Shown piece by piece: positions 59,566 to 64,000 of a stretch of 64,000 nt of DNA; positions within the stretch are counted from its first letter, which is position 1; each line of letters starts with the position of its first letter. The stretch comes from Alphaproteobacteria bacterium (GTDB lineage: Bacteria; Pseudomonadota; Alphaproteobacteria; SP197). The stretch covers positions 128,001 to 192,000 of the forward strand of contig OZ219746.1 of the NCBI GenBank assembly GCA_964291265.2, given 5' to 3'. Under the pieces are notes generated by a model, which was not told the DNA's origin, made no database searches, and worked only from the letters and a program-made list of their open reading frames with translations. Both the position numbers and the translations under genes were made by a program.

Positions 59566-60419
59566 GAGGCGTCCGTGCGAAGGCGGCGGGACCTGTCGGC
59601 GTCGATCTCCAGCCCCTGCCCCATCAGGGTGACGCTGAGGGCCGTCACCGTGATGGCGATGCCCGGTGCAAGCACGAGCAGCGGCTGACGGGCGGCAAAC
59701 TGTCTGGCGTCGGCCAGCATGGCGCCCCAGTCGGAGTCGGGAGGCTGAACGCCCAGGCCCAGATACGAGAGCGCGCCGACGGTGATCAGCTTGTGTCCGA
59801 AGCGAAGGAAGGTCATGGCGGATATCGGACGCAGCGCATTGGGAATGACATGGCGCAGAAGAATGAAGCTCCGCGTACAACCGAGCACCTCGGCTGCCAC
59901 GATGTAGTCCCGCGACGACATGTCGAGCGCAACGCCGCGGGCGAGACGGGCGAAGGGTGTCCAGCCGACGAGCGTGAGGGCGAGAACAAGGGTGCCGAAC
60001 CCGGGGCCGATGATGGCGATCAGAAAGAGCGCGACGATGACTTCGGGAAAGGAAATGAGGACATCGACGACACGCATCACGAACTCGTCGATGGCGCCTC
60101 CGACCCGTCCGCACCAGGCGCCGATGAGTGTGCCGATCGTGACCGACAGGACGAGGGTGATGCCGGCCACCAGGACGGAGAAACGACCCCCGTGGAGCAG
60201 GCGCGCCCACAGATCGCGGCCGAGCTGGTCGTTGCCCAGCCAGTGGTCGTCGCCGGGTCCCTGAAGGCGCATGGAGAGGTTCTGGGCAACCGGGTCGTGG
60301 AGCGAAATGACCGGCGCGACGATGAGCAACAGGGCGACGGCTGCGCCGCAGGAAAGACCGGCGATGAATGTCCAGTGCTGGCGCCCGATCCAGCGCCCGA
60401 TTCGCGTGACCATCGTCAT
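59562..60419 (-). CDS. Peptide ABC permease (OppC/DppC-like)
   Basis: HWLGNDQLGRD, EAA-like loop, LSYLGLGVQPP..DWG.ML. Confidence 0.92.
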   Translation of the reverse strand: MTMVTRIGRWIGRQHWTFIAGLSCGAAVALLLIVAPVISLHDPVAQNLSMRLQGPGDDHWLGNDQLGRDLWARLLHGGRFSVLVAGITLVLSVTIGTLIGAWCGRVGGAIDEFVMRVVDVLISFPEVIVALFLIAIIGPGFGTLVLALTLVGWTPFARLARGVALDMSSRDYIVAAEVLGCTRSFILLRHVIPNALRPISAMTFLRFGHKLITVGALSYLGLGVQPPDSDWGAMLADARQFAARQPLLVLAPGIAITVTALSVTLMGQGLEIDADRSRRLRTDAS

Positions 60420-61363
60420 CGCGTGTCCTCTGAAACGGTGACGGTCGGATTGAGGACGCCGTAGAGAACATCGGCTGCCGAGCTGATGATGATGGCAAGG
60501 CCGACGATGCAGATGATGCTCCCCTGGAGCATCGGCATGTCGTTGTTGATCACCGCCGAATAGATGAGGCGGCCCATGCCGGGAACGGCAAAGATGACCT
60601 CGACGACGACCGAACCGCCGAGCAGTCCGGCCAGCCACAGGGCGAAGACCGTCAGGACGGGCTGAATGCCGTTTCTCAGCCCATGCCGGACCAGGGCGCC
60701 TGCAAGACCGAGGCCCCGGCTCCTGGCGGCCAGGATGTAGTTCGCATGGAGGACGTCGATCATCGATGCCCGCATGATCTGCGAGAAGTAGGCGAGCGGG
60801 CGCAGGCAGAGCACGACGGCCGGGAGGATCAACGTTTCGAGTCCGGACCAGCCGGCGGAAGGCAGCCAGCCGAGTTCGACGGCAAACAGCAGGACCAGCA
60901 CCGGCGCCAGCCAGTACTCCGGGATCGAGACAAACCCCTGGGCGATGAAGGTGACAATGCCGTCGAAGCGGCGTCCCTGATGCACGGCTGCCAGCGTGCC
61001 CACGGGGAGGGCTATGGCCAGCGCCAGGAAGAGGGCGCTCAATGCGAGGGCGGCCGACACGCCCATGGCCCGCAGGATCTGGTCGGTCACGGGAAGCCTG
61101 CTGGCAAAGGACAGGCCGAGATCCCCCTGCAAGGCGCGGCCGAGCCACGTGAAGAACTGATGCAGCAGCGGCTGGTCGAGGCCGAGCTCGACGCGCAGCG
61201 CCTCGACCGCGGCACTGTCGAGCGCCAGGTCCGCCACGCGCGAGCGGATGATGGCGCGCGCAGGGTCGGTGTCACCGAGCCATGGGACCAGAAAGGCGAG
61301 GAAGGAAACAAGTGTCAGAGTGATAACGAGGACAATCGCTCGCTTGAGCAAAAACCGTTCCAT
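60416..61363 (-). CDS. Peptide ABC permease (OppB/DppB-like)
   Basis: LGLDQPL, GDLGLS, SIPEYWL, ARSRGL, VEVIFAVPGMG. Confidence 0.92.
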   Translation of the reverse strand: MERFLLKRAIVLVITLTLVSFLAFLVPWLGDTDPARAIIRSRVADLALDSAAVEALRVELGLDQPLLHQFFTWLGRALQGDLGLSFASRLPVTDQILRAMGVSAALALSALFLALAIALPVGTLAAVHQGRRFDGIVTFIAQGFVSIPEYWLAPVLVLLFAVELGWLPSAGWSGLETLILPAVVLCLRPLAYFSQIMRASMIDVLHANYILAARSRGLGLAGALVRHGLRNGIQPVLTVFALWLAGLLGGSVVVEVIFAVPGMGRLIYSAVINNDMPMLQGSIICIVGLAIIISSAADVLYGVLNPTVTVSEDTR

Positions 61364-61435
61364 GGTCCCGGCCGACAGGTTTACCCCTCATGCTATCACG
61401 GCCCCGTGCCCTGTCATCCACCGCCCGACCCAGGA

Positions 61436-62540
61436 CAAGGCCTTCCTACGCTGGAATTCGCTTGATTTCTCTTGACGTCAGGCGTTCGTATGTTGCACGC
61501 GCGCGCGGACATTTCCCGCTGGCCATCCCGCTTGGGATGTGCGACGGCCCGGTCATGTTGACGATTCGCAAGCGCATGAAAGCTGTTCCGATCCATCAGG
61601 AAGCACCTGAGGGTTTTTCCCTGTCTGAGGTTGAGGTTCGCCTGGTGAGGCCGGAGGAGCGTCCGCTGTGGGACGCGTTGATGAACGAGTACCACTATCT
61701 CGGCTTCCTTCGCCTGGCGGGTCTGAGGTCTGCGCTACGTTGCGACCTTCAGGGGCCATTGGCTGGGTCTGGCGGCGTGGCAGAACGGCGCCTTCAAGTG
61801 CGCTCCCCGCGACCGGTGGACCGGCTGGAAGCCTTAAGCAGCAGTTCCAGCGGCTCTCGATGGTGGCCAACAACACGCGGTTCCTGATCCTCTCCAAGCC
61901 CGGGGTGTTTGCGAACCTTGCTTCCTGTTTCCTTGCGTGCATGACGCGCCGGCTCTGTGACGACTGGCTGAAGGTGCACGGCCACGGGGTGCTGCTGGCG
62001 GAGACGTTGAAGCGATCCGGAGATCTTTGCCGGCACGATGTTGAAGGCTGCGGGCTGGACGTGTCTGGGTGAGACCAAGGGGTTTGCCCGCTCCAACGGG
62101 CGTTACACCGATCCTCACGGCAAGCCCAAGGATATCTACGTTACGGCACTGAGGCGCGATGCCCGGGCGCTGCTGTCGAGCCCGCTGCCGCTTCCCCCCG
62201 ACGTGGCGCCGCCCTCATGCCCCGAACTGGCGCCCCGGGACCCCAAGGTGCTGCGCTCGCTCTACGCCGAGCTCGCGGCCATTCCCGACTTCCGCCGGGC
62301 GCAGGGAAGGAAGCATACCGTGGCATCGGTGCTCACCGTGCACGTGCTCGCCGAGATCGCCAACATGAAGGGCTGTGTCGCCGCCGCGCAGTTCGCGCGG
62401 TCCCTGTCCCAGGAGGAGTTGGAGGCCATCGGCGCGTGGCTTAACCCGAAGACGGGGCTTCGCGAGCCCGTCTCCAAGTCCACCATCCACCGGGTTATCC
62501 AGTCGATCGACCCCGAGGCTCTGGAGGATGTGCTCGCAAG
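61436..62540 (+). mobile_element. Truncated, frameshifted ISAs1-like element; transposase with N-terminal DUF4338 (DruA-like) domain
   Basis: Left end shared with 46750; stitched frames give HYLG, LRYVA, RDRW.GW, VANNTRFLIL, NLAS, LAET, GT..KAAGW..LG.TKG, then IPDFRRAQGRKH..PVSKSTIHRV (ISAs1-associated domain); catalytic DDE part absent. Confidence 0.75.
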
Positions 62541-62712
62541 GACCATGCATGGCGAGCGGCCCATGCGGTTCGAGCGACTGTGTTTCCGTGCCCTGTCGGA
62601 GGGAGCGATTTCTGAGGCCAAGGCTGCTGAACCGCTCGGCCACTCGGTTCACGAGCTCAACCGCCGGATGCATGAACCTCCGAGCCTAGAGCCGGAACTT
62701 GCAGGGGCGTGA
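62541..62712 (+). pseudogene. C-terminal remnant of an XRE-ImmA/IrrE gene, fused in frame to the transposase fragment
   Basis: ERPMRFERLCFRALSEGAISEAKAAEPLG resembles EKPCRFKRLVSRAMGEKLISPVRAAALL of 29196-30275. Confidence 0.7.
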
Positions 62713-62985
62713 GTTTCGTGAAGATCTTGGTGTCCGACAACTCTGTCCTGATTGTCGACTTGTCGAAGCCACTTTCGGCCTACCGTTCGAGTTCACTGTT
62801 CCCGACTTGCTTTGCGAGCGTGAGCTCAAGGAACACGGCCGGCCGAACTTTGTCAGGCTGGGTCTTCGCGTCGAGGAACTGGATGGCGATGGAATTTTGC
62901 TTGCGCTGGGTTACCGCCGAAAGCGGAGATCGCTGTCTCTTCCGGACAGCTTTGCCCTTGCTCTCGTGAAAACAAATGCGCTTAA
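62709..62985 (+). pseudogene. Frameshifted, truncated PIN domain gene
   Basis: KILVSDNSVLI, then in another frame LPFEFTVPDLLCEREL...LSLPDSFALAL; paralogue of 28687-29199. Confidence 0.7.
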
Positions 62986-63009
62986 CCCGGATTGCGGTTG
63001 GACGGCAGG

Positions 63010-63475
63010 CTTTAGTTGACAGAGTGGAGCAGCCGGTTGACCTTCGGCGCCGAGGGCGGCGGCAAGGCGGTACGCTCAGCGCAGCGAACGTCCCGGGTCT
63101 CCGTGCGTCGCCGACTCAAGATGGAACTCCAGCACCCTCACCAGGTCCGGGTCCTCCTCGGACATGCGCTTGCGGCCGCCGCCGGGACGGCGGGTCCGCC
63201 TGGCCGGTACCGGCAACGTCGCCGTCGCGCCCTTGTCCAGTTCACTCAAACCGGAACGGACCGTGTTGCGGGACCTCCCCGTCGCCTCGACGACCCGGGC
63301 GATGCCGCCGCAGCCGAGCGCCCGCGCCGCGGCCGCCACCCACAGGCACCGCGAGCGCCCGTCCAGAACAGCCTCCAGCGCCACGTACTTGGATCCAATC
63401 GTCTCCGACCCCCATCCATGGTGTACGCATGGCACCGCAGCACAATATAGTCAAACTAGTTTGGTAAGTAACCTT
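63010..63475 (-). mobile_element. ISAzo13-family transposase N-terminal fragment
   Basis: LD.RSR.LW.AA.ARALG.GGI..V..ATG.SRNT...G..EL, R.RRPGGGRK, T.GDP..LR followed by a stop; boundaries approximate. Confidence 0.75.
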
Positions 63476-63538
63476 AGCTTGAAAGCAGCCTAGGTCCATG
63501 CCTAAATACAGATACGTAAACCCCGCTGAGGATCAATC

Positions 63539-63910
63539 GTGAACAGCCTAGGACACAAAAACTTGCAGCGCGTCGTCGTCGAATACGAAAACCTGGACAT
63601 CCCTCCGGCCTACGTGGAATCAGTGCAAGGAGCAGCAAGCCCCAACGGTGTGCTCCATGTCAGCTTCTTTTCGGAACGCATCAAGGGCCTTGAGAGCATC
63701 CCGGGCACTGTGACAGTGCAAGTGGATGAATCAGGAATGACCAGTCTCTCATCTATGGTTGCCGACCCCTATGGGATGGACAGAGAGGAGTTTAGGGTCA
63801 TTCGCCGAGTGGAGGCCAACCTAATCTTCACAGCAAACGCGATAGAGAGGCTGATCCCTTGGCTCCAGCATCAGCTCGATGCAATGCGCAAGAAGGAGGC
63901 CTCGAGTTGA
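63539..63910 (+). CDS. Hypothetical protein in a lower-GC segment
   Basis: 123-aa ORF with GAGG RBS and GTG start; protein-like composition. Confidence 0.6.
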   Translation: MNSLGHKNLQRVVVEYENLDIPPAYVESVQGAASPNGVLHVSFFSERIKGLESIPGTVTVQVDESGMTSLSSMVADPYGMDREEFRVIRRVEANLIFTANAIERLIPWLQHQLDAMRKKEASS

Positions 63911-64000
63911 GCACTTCGTTTCTTTCCATAGTCGTTCCACAGCTGAGTGAACAGCAAATTGCTGAGTTCTCCGGCGACATAAACGTCTTGGCTCTAACGT

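Overview
High-GC alphaproteobacterial chromosome segment, Rhodospirillales-like by gene order (taxonomy is inference). Conserved housekeeping blocks (rsmB-rpe-heparinase; rplU-rpmA-obgE-proB-proA-nadD-rsfS-gpmI-envC-ctpA-rppH; mutT, grxC, nitrilase, DUF1178, zapE) alternate with transport and catabolic genes (TRAP, peptide ABC, amidase, GlnT) and accessory patches. The best signal is a selenium locus: tRNA-Sec (selC, 18425-18519), then a FAD-oxidoreductase::SelD fusion. Facing them is a gene the ORF track splits in two but which reads as one 385-aa GrdB/PrdB-like selenoprotein (21845-20688). It has an in-frame UGA in a U-P-L-C motif, a SECIS-like hairpin and a C-terminal extension, and looks co-transcribed with an Atz/Trz-type amidohydrolase, with no Grd/Prd partner subunits in the window. 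Two candidate defence modules are present: a PHP-ATPase (Ppl/TrlF-like) tightly coupled to an AlbA_2/HATPase gene, and XRE-ImmA + PIN upstream of an AEP-primase-helicase. IS debris includes an internally deleted IS1634-like element, a DUF4338(DruA-like)::ISAs1 transposase pseudogene and an ISAzo13 fragment. No CRISPR array or rRNA was seen. All family calls come from motif recognition by eye, not database searches.
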